The translations under genes were made by a program, and so were the position numbers. A stretch of 25,977 bases of DNA. It comes from Staphylococcus phage S-CoN_Ph34. The notes under the pieces were generated by a model. It saw nothing but the letters and a program-made list of their open reading frames with translations, was not told where the DNA came from and ran no database searches. This document shows positions 16,231-25,957 of this stretch, piece by piece; the stretch's first letter is position 1; each line of letters begins with the position of its first letter. The stretch lies in sequence record OR354857.1, one strand, 5' to 3'.

Positions 16231-17481
16231 TTATTCTGTTTCACCTGCGTCAGGTTGTTCTTTTGGTGCTTCAGTAATTAATATTTTATTAAAGAAAGGT
16301 GACATAGCTTTGAATGAGTAATAATGAATCCAGTGTGTAACCTCATCAAATTCACCATTGTAAAATGGTTCTTTTAACATGCCTTTTGTATTACGTTTAT
16401 ATTTAAGTGCATTAATATCAAAAATAAACGCAAACAATTCACCCTGTGGCTTGATTTCTTCAATGTTTCCTTTAAATTCTTTTAAATCAGTTACATTAAA
16501 TGTAAATACTGAACCAGTAGGGATTACATCACCAATCATAGCTTGATAATCACCAAAGGCACGTAAATAATTGATTGTATCTTCATTTGCTAAAGTGACA
16601 TCTTTTGTTGTTTTATATACACCACCTAAATCATCAAAACTGATGATATGGTCTGTGAAGTCAATGCCTGCCATTTGGAAAGTATTCGCAATTTTTGTAT
16701 CAAGTAAATATGACTTAAGTGAATCAGTTGTTAAAATTGCAATATCACTTAATTTTGAAACAGTAGTATATTGACCTACTGAACCACCTGACGCTTTGTG
16801 TACTTCATTGTATTTTGCACTATTATTTTGCATATTTAAAATTGCTTCAAATACACGTTCTGTTAAATCTTCTTTTGATGAAGCAGTACGACGGTTTGAA
16901 TCTTGCAATTGATTAATTGCATAATCTACCATCATTGCACGTATTTCTTTTTCTTCTTGTACGTTAATATCAGAAATCTTTTTACGTAATACACCTAAAG
17001 CATAATTTGTAGCGTCACCTAAAGTTTGGAAATTAAAACGCACATCATTATTATTCAATGTGAATTTTTGTTTTTTAACGATACCACTACCATATAAACG
17101 TGTTGCCATTTGTGGGTAGTTACGTTTTAACATTAATTCTTCAGATTTTGACAAATTCATTTCAATTGGAATTGTATCCATAATGACATATTCTTCAGAA
17201 TATTGTCCTATAAAGTCCTGTTCTTTTGCTAACCAATTAAAACGATTTCCCAACGCAATATCAATCAATAATGTTTCGTTGATTTTAGGGAATAAGTATT
17301 TATTTACATATGTTTCAAACATTGTATTTACATTTGACCAATTCTCACCAAAAGTCCATTGCTTACCATAATCATGGTTAAAATCTTGCAATGACGCTTT
17401 TGTTGAATCATGGTCACGTAAATCAATGTACGGCTTTGGAAGGAAAATACTTGTATTTTGTATCATTATACTTGCGAACAT
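16231..17481 (-). CDS. Putative major capsid protein (416 aa)
   Basis: Size and position. First 18 codons are antisense to the truncated holin' copy. No SD at annotated start. Confidence 0.5.
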   Translation of the reverse strand: MFASIMIQNTSIFLPKPYIDLRDHDSTKASLQDFNHDYGKQWTFGENWSNVNTMFETYVNKYLFPKINETLLIDIALGNRFNWLAKEQDFIGQYSEEYVIMDTIPIEMNLSKSEELMLKRNYPQMATRLYGSGIVKKQKFTLNNNDVRFNFQTLGDATNYALGVLRKKISDINVQEEKEIRAMMVDYAINQLQDSNRRTASSKEDLTERVFEAILNMQNNSAKYNEVHKASGGSVGQYTTVSKLSDIAILTTDSLKSYLLDTKIANTFQMAGIDFTDHIISFDDLGGVYKTTKDVTLANEDTINYLRAFGDYQAMIGDVIPTGSVFTFNVTDLKEFKGNIEEIKPQGELFAFIFDINALKYKRNTKGMLKEPFYNGEFDEVTHWIHYYSFKAMSPFFNKILITEAPKEQPDAGETE

Positions 17482-17662
17482 TATTGACCAAATTTTAAAT
17501 TTAAATAGTGGATTACTTATGATTACTATTTTTTACTATATTGCGAATGAAGGTCTTTCAATTGTTGAAAACTGTGCAGAAATGGGTATTTTAATTCCTG
17601 ATGAAATAGGTGAAAAATTAAAAGTAATCCGAAATAATGATAAGGGTGATAAACATGAATGA
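17426..17662 (+). pseudogene. Truncated holin copy (lacks N-terminal ~58 aa including TM1); overlaps MCP start antisense
   Basis: MYGFGRKILVFCIIILANIIDQ.. aligns with residues 59-140 of holin 8694-9116. Confidence 0.7.
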
Positions 17663-18425
17663 TACAATGAAAAAATATATCCATTCTAAAATCAATGATG
17701 ATTTTGAATTATCTGTTGATGATGTAGCCAAACATGTAGGGGGTTATGGTCGTTTTAATGCGTGGCTTGGTGGTAATCAGTCAAGAATTAAAGAGGTATT
17801 GAATGCAGTTAAAAATGCAGGTGTGTCACCTGCCTTTTTTGCTAGTTATGAATGCGGTGAGGGGTATAATGGTTCTTGGGGTTGGTTAAACCATACATCA
17901 CCACAAGGCAACCCCGTACAAGACGCAATAGCGGTATGTAATTGGATTAAATCCCAATCAACAAAAGTCGCACAACCTGCATGGATCGACTATGCAAACT
18001 ATAAAGACTTTGTACCTGCAAGCGTTAAGAGAGAGGGGAATAAAGACGCACAAAACTTACCCTCAAACGCGATTGGTCGTGTTGTGATTAGTGGTACGGC
18101 GGCTGCAACTTGGGAGGTTTATTATCCTCAAGGGTTATCACCTGCATATAATGGTGTACAACAATACGGTAAACCAATCACAGAACAATATAAACGTATA
18201 CTTTCTTGGGGTGGAAAAATTGACGGAAAAGGTGGGTCGTCTGGGGTGTCATCTGGTTCATCTTCAGGAGGGTCACCCCTTGACCTCATTAAAAAAGCGT
18301 TTGAAAGTTTCTTAAATAAGTTAGAAGAATCTATGAAATGGGACTTGCATTCTATTGGTACTGATAAATTTTTTCAAATCAGATGTTTACGATTACAAAA
18401 ACTTATAATAATACCTATCGTTTAA
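17655..18425 (+). CDS. Putative cell-wall hydrolase (amidase-like) paralogue
   Basis: SD AAGGGTGA 5 nt upstream of ATG 17655. Same Gly/Ser linker and C-terminal overlap with CHAP' frame. Confidence 0.45.
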   Translation: MNDTMKKYIHSKINDDFELSVDDVAKHVGGYGRFNAWLGGNQSRIKEVLNAVKNAGVSPAFFASYECGEGYNGSWGWLNHTSPQGNPVQDAIAVCNWIKSQSTKVAQPAWIDYANYKDFVPASVKREGNKDAQNLPSNAIGRVVISGTAAATWEVYYPQGLSPAYNGVQQYGKPITEQYKRILSWGGKIDGKGGSSGVSSGSSSGGSPLDLIKKAFESFLNKLEESMKWDLHSIGTDKFFQIRCLRLQKLIIIPIV

Positions 18426-18427
18426 AT

Positions 18428-19059
18428 ATGAACGCTAAACTATTAGATGAAATGCGTGATTTAATGAATAGCATTGACGGGGGAGTGGTAAAGATACGGG
18501 TGCAGATGATAACGATAAACATTCAGGTGGTAAATCTGTAGCACCTAACGGAAAAAGTGGGCGTGTCATTGGTGGTAACTGGACATATGAAACCTTACCG
18601 AAAAAATATAAAGATGCTATTGATGTACCTTTATTTAAAAGAAGTTATTTGAATAATAGCGGGAATACATTCCCTAGGTTTGGTAATACAGGACAATGTA
18701 CCGAATTAACACAATGTTATATGACACAACTACATGGAAAAGTCCAACCTGCCGACGACGGACAGATTACCAACGGTCAGAGAGTATGGGTAGTCTATCA
18801 TAATAGAGGTGCACGAATTACTCACCGTCCTACCGTAGGTTATGGATTCAGTAGTAAACCCCCTTATTTACAGGCGGCGTTACCAGGTGTTGGTCATACG
18901 GGGGTTGTGGTTGCTGTATTTGATGATGGATCATTCTTAACTGCAAACTTTAACGTTCCACCGTACTGGGCTCCTAGTCGTGTTGTTGAATATGCTTTAA
19001 TTGACGGTGTACCTAAAAATGCAGGGGATAATATCATGTTTTTTAGTGGTATAAAATAA
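18428..19059 (+). CDS. CHAP-domain peptidase paralogue (frame-disrupted at G5 run 18479-18483)
   Basis: MNAKLLDEMRDLMNSIDGG then, with +1 G, SGKDTGADD..GRVIGGNWTYETLPKKYKDAIDVPLFKRSYLNNSGNTFPRFGNTGQCTE.. Catalytic Cys/His in 18649-19059. Confidence 0.7.
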
Positions 19060-19157
19060 ATTTTATGCTATAATTAAAGTATGTTAGGAAACTAGCAAAT
19101 AAAATAACAAAACATAATCCGTATGAGGTGCAACAAACCTCACTACACCTTAAAAAA

Positions 19158-19190
19158 AACGCAACTTATTCATTTAAGTTGCGTTTTTTA
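19158..19190. terminator. Bidirectional terminator between CHAP' and pol'
   Basis: 10-bp stem AACGCAACTT/AAGTTGCGTT flanked by A8 and T6. Pol' stop inside stem. Confidence 0.6.
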
Positions 19191-21459
19191 TATCTTGATG
19201 AACCATATACAGAATATTTATATCACATTTGTTTTTAATTTTAAATGTGTAGGGAAATAAATCACTTAATGAAAATGCACCGACATCACTTTCAATATAT
19301 AAAATATCATCATCATTCACATCATCATATTCTTGACGTGCTTGTTTTAATATTTCATTCTTGCGATGTTCTAATTGGTTCGTGAAATAAAAATCATACG
19401 GTGAACCTTTTTCTATATATGTTTTTGAGGGGTATATAGAAATGGTTCTTTGTTCATTATATATTGATTTGTTGTTATATACAATAGCTTTATGATGAAA
19501 ATCGTTTTTAATAAAATCTTTAAAAATTTGATTTGTATTAAAAGCGTTTAATGGTATGCCTGCACTTGCTATTTTAATTGTATCATCTTCTTTTTGGTAA
19601 GCGTACTTTTTATGATTGAGTACATACATTTGTTTAATCACATCGTTTTCTATATCCCACTTTCCTAATGCAATTGGATCGAATAGATGAGGGTTTAACT
19701 TGTGTTTGATTTTTGACTTTAAATATAAACTGTCCGTATCGCAATATATAAAACATTCATCTATTTCAGATTGGGTTAATGATTGCAACGGTTCAAGTAG
19801 ATTATAAAGGGCTTGTGATGTAACAAAAGTAGAAAATAATAAATTGCGTTCACTGTTTTTATATCCATTCACATGATTGATTAAAAAATCATCTTCATCA
19901 CGTCTGAACAAATTAAAATGTGAACGTAATGCAGGAATGCCATATAAACCATTTAAAACAACCTTACTTAACATAATTTCTTCATTTGAATAGGTATGTG
20001 TATTCACTTCATCAGTGATTGTGTAATCATAGGGTGAATTCATAATGATTTTTTTGTTTAATTTACCTTGTGTTTTAATGAAATAATTATCATGTATAAT
20101 ATCACGAGCACCAAAATACTCACATTCATATTGCACATATGCAAACACTTGTAAGGTGTCAAAAGTTAAACCCGTAATATCTTGAATCATGCGTAAAGTG
20201 TTTGTATTTATATTAACAAACTTTTTATCATTATTGTAGTATTTAACTAAACATTGTTTAATAATATCACTTTCAATATAACGTAATACCTTTTTATTGA
20301 ATGTTACTTTATCAACTTTATACAAACTGAAAAAATCTTTATTATCTAATTCAATATTAATTGTTGTAGGTGCTTCAAATTCACCAAAATCATGGATATA
20401 CATCGGTATCTTTTCTTTATACATCACATAAGGGTAACTTGAATTAATATCAATTGAAAAACATTCATCACGAATGATTTGATCGACGTATCTTGAATTA
20501 TACATATTTAAACCACCACGATAGAAACCCTTAATGAAGTCATAATAATTCATATCAAAAAATGTAAAATCCGTGTAGGATATTTTTTGTTTACCTTTTT
20601 GATTAAGTAGTTGAAACCGTGTTTGTTCACTATTAATATAACTATTCATAATATTAACGCTAAATGTCATCGCATTATAATCAAAATTAGGGAATATATC
20701 AGAATAATGGATATGTGATTGACCTAGAATAATAACATCATTACGAATATAAGTCATTTGTTCATCATTCAGTTTTAAAAAACACTGATACGCATATTCA
20801 TAGGCTTGTTGGTCTGTCATATCATGTTCAACATCGAATATTTCATAATCAAAATCAGTTTTTAACTGGTCATCTGTTAAATATCCCCCGTCTTTGAGTT
20901 TTTTTCCTAATGTAGCGATTGATGTGTTGGTTTTCATAAAATTATCTATAATATTAAATTTAAAACCATTTAAAAACATAAGTAAATCTAAATTAATACT
21001 TGATTTGACACGTTTTTCAAGTATCACATTTTTTTCTTTTGCGAGTAGCTTTGCTTCATTGATATTTATGGCATTGCTATTATCGTCTGCACTTTTCATG
21101 TATAAATTTTCTATTTCTACATCATCTAAATGTTGAATTAAATCATGTAGTAAGAAATGATTATCATATTTATTACAGTTATGTGCGATCATTGTAATGG
21201 TTGTCTTTGATTTTGTGATTGTGTCACGGCGTTTTGCGTATGTGAAAAAGGTATCAAAAAACACTTTAAAACTTGGGAATACTTCAACATCTATCACGCC
21301 GTTATTATTCCAACCAATCGCAACACTGTAAGTTACATTTTTATATTTCGTTGGTTTTTCTCTACCTGCTACTTTATTATAATTTAATGTTTCAATATCC
21401 CAATATAATATTAAATCTTTTTGACCTTTATTCACTTTCATAGCGTCCAATAATCCCAT
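19174..21459 (-). CDS. Protein-primed family-B DNA polymerase (intact, 761 aa)
   Basis: All exonuclease and polymerase motifs as listed for the left copy. SD TGAGGTG. Confidence 0.95.
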   Translation of the reverse strand: MGLLDAMKVNKGQKDLILYWDIETLNYNKVAGREKPTKYKNVTYSVAIGWNNNGVIDVEVFPSFKVFFDTFFTYAKRRDTITKSKTTITMIAHNCNKYDNHFLLHDLIQHLDDVEIENLYMKSADDNSNAININEAKLLAKEKNVILEKRVKSSINLDLLMFLNGFKFNIIDNFMKTNTSIATLGKKLKDGGYLTDDQLKTDFDYEIFDVEHDMTDQQAYEYAYQCFLKLNDEQMTYIRNDVIILGQSHIHYSDIFPNFDYNAMTFSVNIMNSYINSEQTRFQLLNQKGKQKISYTDFTFFDMNYYDFIKGFYRGGLNMYNSRYVDQIIRDECFSIDINSSYPYVMYKEKIPMYIHDFGEFEAPTTINIELDNKDFFSLYKVDKVTFNKKVLRYIESDIIKQCLVKYYNNDKKFVNINTNTLRMIQDITGLTFDTLQVFAYVQYECEYFGARDIIHDNYFIKTQGKLNKKIIMNSPYDYTITDEVNTHTYSNEEIMLSKVVLNGLYGIPALRSHFNLFRRDEDDFLINHVNGYKNSERNLLFSTFVTSQALYNLLEPLQSLTQSEIDECFIYCDTDSLYLKSKIKHKLNPHLFDPIALGKWDIENDVIKQMYVLNHKKYAYQKEDDTIKIASAGIPLNAFNTNQIFKDFIKNDFHHKAIVYNNKSIYNEQRTISIYPSKTYIEKGSPYDFYFTNQLEHRKNEILKQARQEYDDVNDDDILYIESDVGAFSLSDLFPYTFKIKNKCDINILYMVHQDIKNAT

Positions 21460-21502
21460 AGTCTACACCTCAATCACCTATATTATAGCATAAGCAAAAA
21501 CT

Positions 21503-22762
21503 TTACGCATTAAATATAAATGATTTTTCAAGATATTTTTTAGTTCTCTCTATATAGTTATCTTGAAACATTTTTTCTTGACGATTAAAGTGGTTATAAC
21601 CGTTTTTCTTACGTTCATTTTTTAAATGATACATGATGATTTTGTTCATATTTAAATAGATATATTGTTCTTCATTTAATATAAATGATTTACTATAAGC
21701 ATTATCAAAATGTAAGTTGCTAGGGTTATAGTAGCGTTTGGGGTGGTTTTCTTTATAAAATGAATCTTTTAAAAATATTGCATTTTTTTCTACATCACTA
21801 ACATCGGTACAAAATTGATAATTATCAGAATAGGGTACGACTTTAATATTCGTTTGATAATCACCTAAATGATACATCACTTTAATAAAATTCATTGGGG
21901 TTTTAATATAGAAAAAGTTACCGTTTTTATTGATATGTTTTCTTAAACCGTCATCTGCTAAATTAAAGGTATTAAAATCAAATTCACCCGTTGTCATACT
22001 ATCTTCTTTTGAATTAAAAGCACGGGTATTTCTTTTTTCGTTTGAATACTCATTACGTCGCATTTCTAAAAGTATATTATTATATTCCCGTTTCTGGTTC
22101 ATGGCATGTTTTGAATGATGTTGGAGTTGTTCATATATATTTAAATTCGCGAGTAGGGGACTAGAAAAGTTTACGGCATTACCTAATAAAAAGATTTTAG
22201 GTATTTTCAAATAATCAATATTACCGTGGTTTCGGTCAATACTTTCATAAATGGTTTTTAACTTTTCCCACTCGTCAATCAAATAGTCACTTTCTAATGC
22301 TAAAAACTCATCATATATAATAATAGGGAAGTTTTTCATAAAGTTTGAATGATATTTTAAATCAGTTGCATTATTGAGATGTGTTATGATACCAATTTCT
22401 TTTTCACCATAACCTACTGCAATATAATCTTGTGTGTTTCTAAAAAATAAGTTATGATCATTAAAATGTTTTTGTTCAATACAAATACGTTCTAATAATT
22501 CACGGTACGCATCACGCAATGTATGGTGTCTTGCGAGTAATGTAAATTTTATATTAAATTCAATCGCTAATTTCATAAAAAACGCAATATAGTTGAATGT
22601 TTTACCGTCAGAACGGTTTGAAATAGATATGTAGAAATCAAGTTCTGTATTCATCAAATGGTCAACAAGTTCAATCTGGTTATATTGTTCAGGTATGGAT
22701 TTTCTAAACTTAGTAACAAAGTTTTGAAATTCCTTAATTTCTGTCATTCTTGATTTTTTCAC
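21503..22762 (-). CDS. DNA encapsidation ATPase (intact, 419 aa from GTG start)
   Basis: Walker A/B motifs. GTG start after AAAGGTGA aligns with left-copy MKKSRLNEV. Confidence 0.85.
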   Translation of the reverse strand: MKKSRMTEIKEFQNFVTKFRKSIPEQYNQIELVDHLMNTELDFYISISNRSDGKTFNYIAFFMKLAIEFNIKFTLLARHHTLRDAYRELLERICIEQKHFNDHNLFFRNTQDYIAVGYGEKEIGIITHLNNATDLKYHSNFMKNFPIIIYDEFLALESDYLIDEWEKLKTIYESIDRNHGNIDYLKIPKIFLLGNAVNFSSPLLANLNIYEQLQHHSKHAMNQKREYNNILLEMRRNEYSNEKRNTRAFNSKEDSMTTGEFDFNTFNLADDGLRKHINKNGNFFYIKTPMNFIKVMYHLGDYQTNIKVVPYSDNYQFCTDVSDVEKNAIFLKDSFYKENHPKRYYNPSNLHFDNAYSKSFILNEEQYIYLNMNKIIMYHLKNERKKNGYNHFNRQEKMFQDNYIERTKKYLEKSFIFNA

Positions 22763-22819
22763 TTTTATCACCTTTTTTCTGGTAATGATTAATAATATCT
22801 TGAACGGTTTCAAACATTA

Positions 22820-23311
22820 TTATTTTACCTTTCTTGTGTAGAACACAATGTTATAATTCACTTTTCTTTGATTTTCTATATCGTTGACTTTTGTTGCGTC
22901 AGCAAGTTCATCAAATAAAGCATTTGCCGATTTAATAAAATGTGACATTTCTTGTGACCCGTCATTGTCTTTCACTGCTTCTTGGAATAAATGACGTTTG
23001 TGCATGTTCCCTTTTTGTTCCCAATCATAATCCAGTTGCTTATATATATTTTCAATATGTGTGAGTTCTTTTTGGTTTTTACCACTCACTAAACTTTTAG
23101 CGTCTATATACGTCACTTTTTTAGGTTTAGGTAGGGACACTTTACCTTTAGAAACAAACGTTTGATTGAAGTGGTTATATTCATTAATGTATTCTTTTTG
23201 TAATGCTTCATCATCAAAAAGAAAAACAAACCCATCACGTTGATAGGTTGTCTTGTTTTTCGTTGTTGTATTTCTAAACGCATTAGATCGTGATATTTTA
23301 TTGTTTTTCAT
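22820..23311 (-). CDS. Hypothetical basic 163-aa protein (paralogue of 3003-3515)
   Basis: ORF; about 75% identical to left copy. Confidence 0.55.
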   Translation of the reverse strand: MKNNKISRSNAFRNTTTKNKTTYQRDGFVFLFDDEALQKEYINEYNHFNQTFVSKGKVSLPKPKKVTYIDAKSLVSGKNQKELTHIENIYKQLDYDWEQKGNMHKRHLFQEAVKDNDGSQEMSHFIKSANALFDELADATKVNDIENQRKVNYNIVFYTRKVK

Positions 23312-23313
23312 AC

Positions 23314-24549
23314 TTATACACCCTCATCAAAAAATTCATAGTATTGTTGGATTAACTTATAATAAATCATTTCGTGTCCCCACTTCGTAGGGTGTAAACC
23401 GTCTTTCATAGACGAGTGTCTAAACGATTCATCATAAGGTTTAATTAAAGGGTCGGTATACGCATTATATAACGCCACGTTTAAACGTTTCGCTTCACTT
23501 ACTTGTGCAGTTACGTAATCATTTAATGATAAACCTTTTTTATTTTTATCTGTATCGCGACGAATGACCTCACCACTCGCATTAACTTTTGCTTGTTTCG
23601 TTGGTGTCATCACAATGATTTTTACATCTTTGTTTTGTTGTCTAATATTAGTAATGATTTCTTTCATTGCCCCGATATACGTATCATTTTTAGAATCATG
23701 TTGACCGATTTCTACACCGTCACCCTTTAACCAATCATCATCAGTACCTTGTACAATCACTAAATCTTTATTTTTGATTTGTTTTGATTGGTTAATCATA
23801 TTATTGTCTGAATTTGTTGAATAGGTTGCACTACTTTCTGCAACATTTTCAACATTAATATTGAGTTTCTCTCTAAACATATCGCCAAAGTTTTGTGATG
23901 CGTGTGACCCTTTAGCAACACTATCACCAATAATACCAATACTTTTAATATTTCTTATTGATGAAATAGGGGTGTAATCTTGCATAACTGTTCCGTTTAA
24001 CGTCTTAACTGTTTTTACAGTCGGAATTTTTTTATTGTCAGGTTGTTTTTTATTTTTATCTGGTTTTGTTTGAGATTGTTCACCACCTGGATATGACCCA
24101 CTTGCACGTTTAATATCATATACTTTTTTATTTTGGTTTGCTTCATATTCAAACGTTTTATATTGATATTGGTCTATAAGTTTACCGTCTTTATAAATCA
24201 ATATATGTGAATCATCATCATTAATTAACCAAATATCTGATGTTGTATTTAAAAATAATAAATCCTTAATCGCTATATTTTGATGTTCACGATAATTGTT
24301 ATAAATATCTTTTTCTAAAAAGTGAGAAATAGGGGAATCCATTGTAATCTCAATTTCATCTTCAATATTAAATAAATCATTTTTATTAATAATATATGTT
24401 TTCGTTACTGCACCATTATCAAAAATAACATAAGACCCGTTATTACTTGAATACTTTTTATTTTTAATATCGTGTTTCCAAACATATTCAACTAATTCAT
24501 TTAAGTGTAACTTTAACTGATGTTTAATTATCAAAGTATTTTCCCTCAC
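23314..24549 (-). CDS. Two-domain protein with C-terminal SGNH/GDSL hydrolase (esterase) domain, intact 411 aa
   Basis: GDSVAKGSHAS, QGTDDDW, DGLHPTKWGH. N-terminal ~190 aa domain of unknown function. Confidence 0.6.
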   Translation of the reverse strand: MRENTLIIKHQLKLHLNELVEYVWKHDIKNKKYSSNNGSYVIFDNGAVTKTYIINKNDLFNIEDEIEITMDSPISHFLEKDIYNNYREHQNIAIKDLLFLNTTSDIWLINDDDSHILIYKDGKLIDQYQYKTFEYEANQNKKVYDIKRASGSYPGGEQSQTKPDKNKKQPDNKKIPTVKTVKTLNGTVMQDYTPISSIRNIKSIGIIGDSVAKGSHASQNFGDMFREKLNINVENVAESSATYSTNSDNNMINQSKQIKNKDLVIVQGTDDDWLKGDGVEIGQHDSKNDTYIGAMKEIITNIRQQNKDVKIIVMTPTKQAKVNASGEVIRRDTDKNKKGLSLNDYVTAQVSEAKRLNVALYNAYTDPLIKPYDESFRHSSMKDGLHPTKWGHEMIYYKLIQQYYEFFDEGV

Positions 24550-24764
24550 TTTCTAAATCATTGAGAATATCCGTAATATCATCAAGTGCATTTTCTAATG
24601 CTAAATTTTGTTCTTCTGTTAAATCGTATTCATTTAACGCGTTTACAATTAAATAGTATGCCTTAATCAATTTCAATCTTATCTACTCCATTCACTAATG
24701 AAACTAATGTTATTGACATTATACCATAGAATATTAAAAACGATGTGACGATAACCCCAAACAT
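24524..24764 (-). pseudogene. Small membrane protein paralogue, frame-disrupted (33-aa TM fragment 24663-24764 + out-of-frame remainder)
   Basis: MFGVIVTSFLIFYGIMSITLVSLVNGVDKIEID* then +1 frame LIKAYYLIVNALNEYDLTEEQNLALENALDDITDILNDLESEGKYFDN*, both matching 1529-1774. Confidence 0.55.
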
Positions 24765-24780
24765 ATATAGACCTCCTCAT

Positions 24781-24806
24781 AATAAAGAGGGGATAAAACC
24801 CCTCTA
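24781..24806 (-). terminator. Rho-independent terminator after SSB' gene
   Basis: GAGGGG-ttttat-CCCCTC followed by TTTATT on - strand. Confidence 0.5.
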
Positions 24807-24819
24807 TTTAAATTTTTAT

Positions 24820-24904
24820 TTAAAATGGTAAATCATCATCAGTAATTTCAATTGGCCCATTAGCACGATCGAACGGGTTACGTCGCTCGTTTTCTACTTT
24901 TTTT
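24820..24904 (-). other. +1-frame extension encoding SSB-type tip (ENERRNPFDRANGPIEITDDDLPF*) after A7 run (T7 at 24898-24904 on + strand)
   Basis: Read directly; mirrors the left-arm arrangement. Confidence 0.55.
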
Positions 24905-25282
24905 GCTATCTACCTCAACATTATCACTTGCTACAATATTGATTGATACAGATGTACGATTGTATTTTTTAGATGTAAATTCATAAATTTCAAACGCAAG
25001 TTCACGATTGTTAATAGCTTCTGTGACTTCATTATCTGAACGCATTTCCTCAATCATTTCTGTTAAATGGTTAGGTAGATTAACAAAGTAGTTTTCAATG
25101 ACAATAACCCCTTGATTACCAAATTTTCCTTTTGTGTTGATAAATAATGCTTCAATTGTATATTTTTTATCTTGTGGTAATTCTGCTAATTTAATGAAAT
25201 CACGTTCTTTTTCATTATCGTAATCATATTGTGGTGATCCACCATTTGAATATTTGTTTAAAATGTTATTTAAGTTTGTCAT
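24878..25282 (-). CDS. Putative SSB paralogue (134 aa in annotated frame)
   Basis: Collinear with 755-1195. Annotated frame ends ..SKKSRKRAT* inside the conserved GAGCGACGTAACCCGTTCG motif. Confidence 0.5.
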   Translation of the reverse strand: MTNLNNILNKYSNGGSPQYDYDNEKERDFIKLAELPQDKKYTIEALFINTKGKFGNQGVIVIENYFVNLPNHLTEMIEEMRSDNEVTEAINNRELAFEIYEFTSKKYNRTSVSINIVASDNVEVDSKKSRKRAT

Positions 25283-25298
25283 TTTTGTTTTCTCCTTT

Positions 25299-25514
25299 TT
25301 ATTTAGAAATTTTTAATAGTTCATCATAATTAACTGTAATTGTTTTCTTTGAACGTTTTGAATCAATTAATGTATGTGATTCTGGAATATGTTTCATCAT
25401 TTCAGTTTTTGAAATTCTGTAATCTTGCTTAGGGATAAAAAAGTCATATTTTTCACCAACATCATTATGACAATAAAGGGTGAATCCTTTAATATCTAAA
25501 TCAATATAATTCAA
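25299..25514 (-). CDS. Hypothetical early protein (71 aa), paralogue of 525-740
   Basis: ORF; conserved. Confidence 0.65.
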   Translation of the reverse strand: MNYIDLDIKGFTLYCHNDVGEKYDFFIPKQDYRISKTEMMKHIPESHTLIDSKRSKKTITVNYDELLKISK

Positions 25515-25529
25515 GTGACCACCTCCATA

Positions 25530-25802
25530 CTAAAATATGTGTACATCGTAATTTTGGTAAAAACCTTTATAAAAATTCCATTGTTCTAATCCGTCATCAC
25601 CTGCTAAATATTTAAGCAATGATTTGTTTTCTGTCTCGTCATTTAAAAATTGAATCACTTGGTCGTTATAATTAATTAAAAGTTGTTGACATGCAACTAA
25701 CATAGTATCTGCATTTTCTGATTTAAAATAATCATTCCATTTTTTCAATTCATTAAATAAACTTAACATTTCCGTATAGCCTTGTGCTTTTTCTTCACTC
25801 AC
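25530..25802 (-). CDS. Hypothetical early protein (~90 aa), paralogue of 205-477
   Basis: GTG start after AGGAGGTG. Shared LVACQQLLINYND and YLAGDDGL blocks. Confidence 0.6.
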   Translation of the reverse strand: MSEEKAQGYTEMLSLFNELKKWNDYFKSENADTMLVACQQLLINYNDQVIQFLNDETENKSLLKYLAGDDGLEQWNFYKGFYQNYDVHIF

Positions 25803-25831
25803 TTTTAACACCTCCTTGATTTGTTATATCT

Positions 25832-25860
25832 AATATATCATGTGCGTAAAAACTTTGCAA
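25832..25860 (-). promoter_or_regulatory. Early sigma-A-type promoter (TTGCAA-17-TATATT) reading inward from right terminus
   Basis: Revcomp contains TTGCAA, 17-nt spacer, TATATT. Counterpart of 146-174. Confidence 0.5.
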
Positions 25861-25910
25861 TAGTTTTATGAAAATTGTTGAGTAAATTTTACACCTTTAA
25901 AAATAATTTT

Positions 25911-25931
25911 ATCGCCAACGGCGATTTTTTG
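25911..25931 (+). other. Perfect hairpin ATCGCC-aac-GGCGAT followed by T6, just inside right terminal motif
   Basis: Seen directly. No equivalent hairpin at left end. Confidence 0.4.
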
Positions 25932-25957
25932 GTATCTGGGTCGGTGGTGGGGGTCGA
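25931..25957. repeat. Right terminal C-rich motif (inverted copy of 5-27)
   Basis: GGGTCGGTGGTGGGGGTCG on + strand is the revcomp of CGACCCCCACCACCGACCC. A further ~24 nt (..AATATTACAAAAAAAATTC) lies outside it and has no left-end match. Confidence 0.5.

Noticed and set aside
25911-25931. Hairpin+T6 at right end as a transcription terminator
   Set aside because: It is oriented for + strand transcription but no + strand gene is upstream. On the - strand it is not followed by a U-run. More likely it is a structural or origin-associated element, so it is reported as 'other'.
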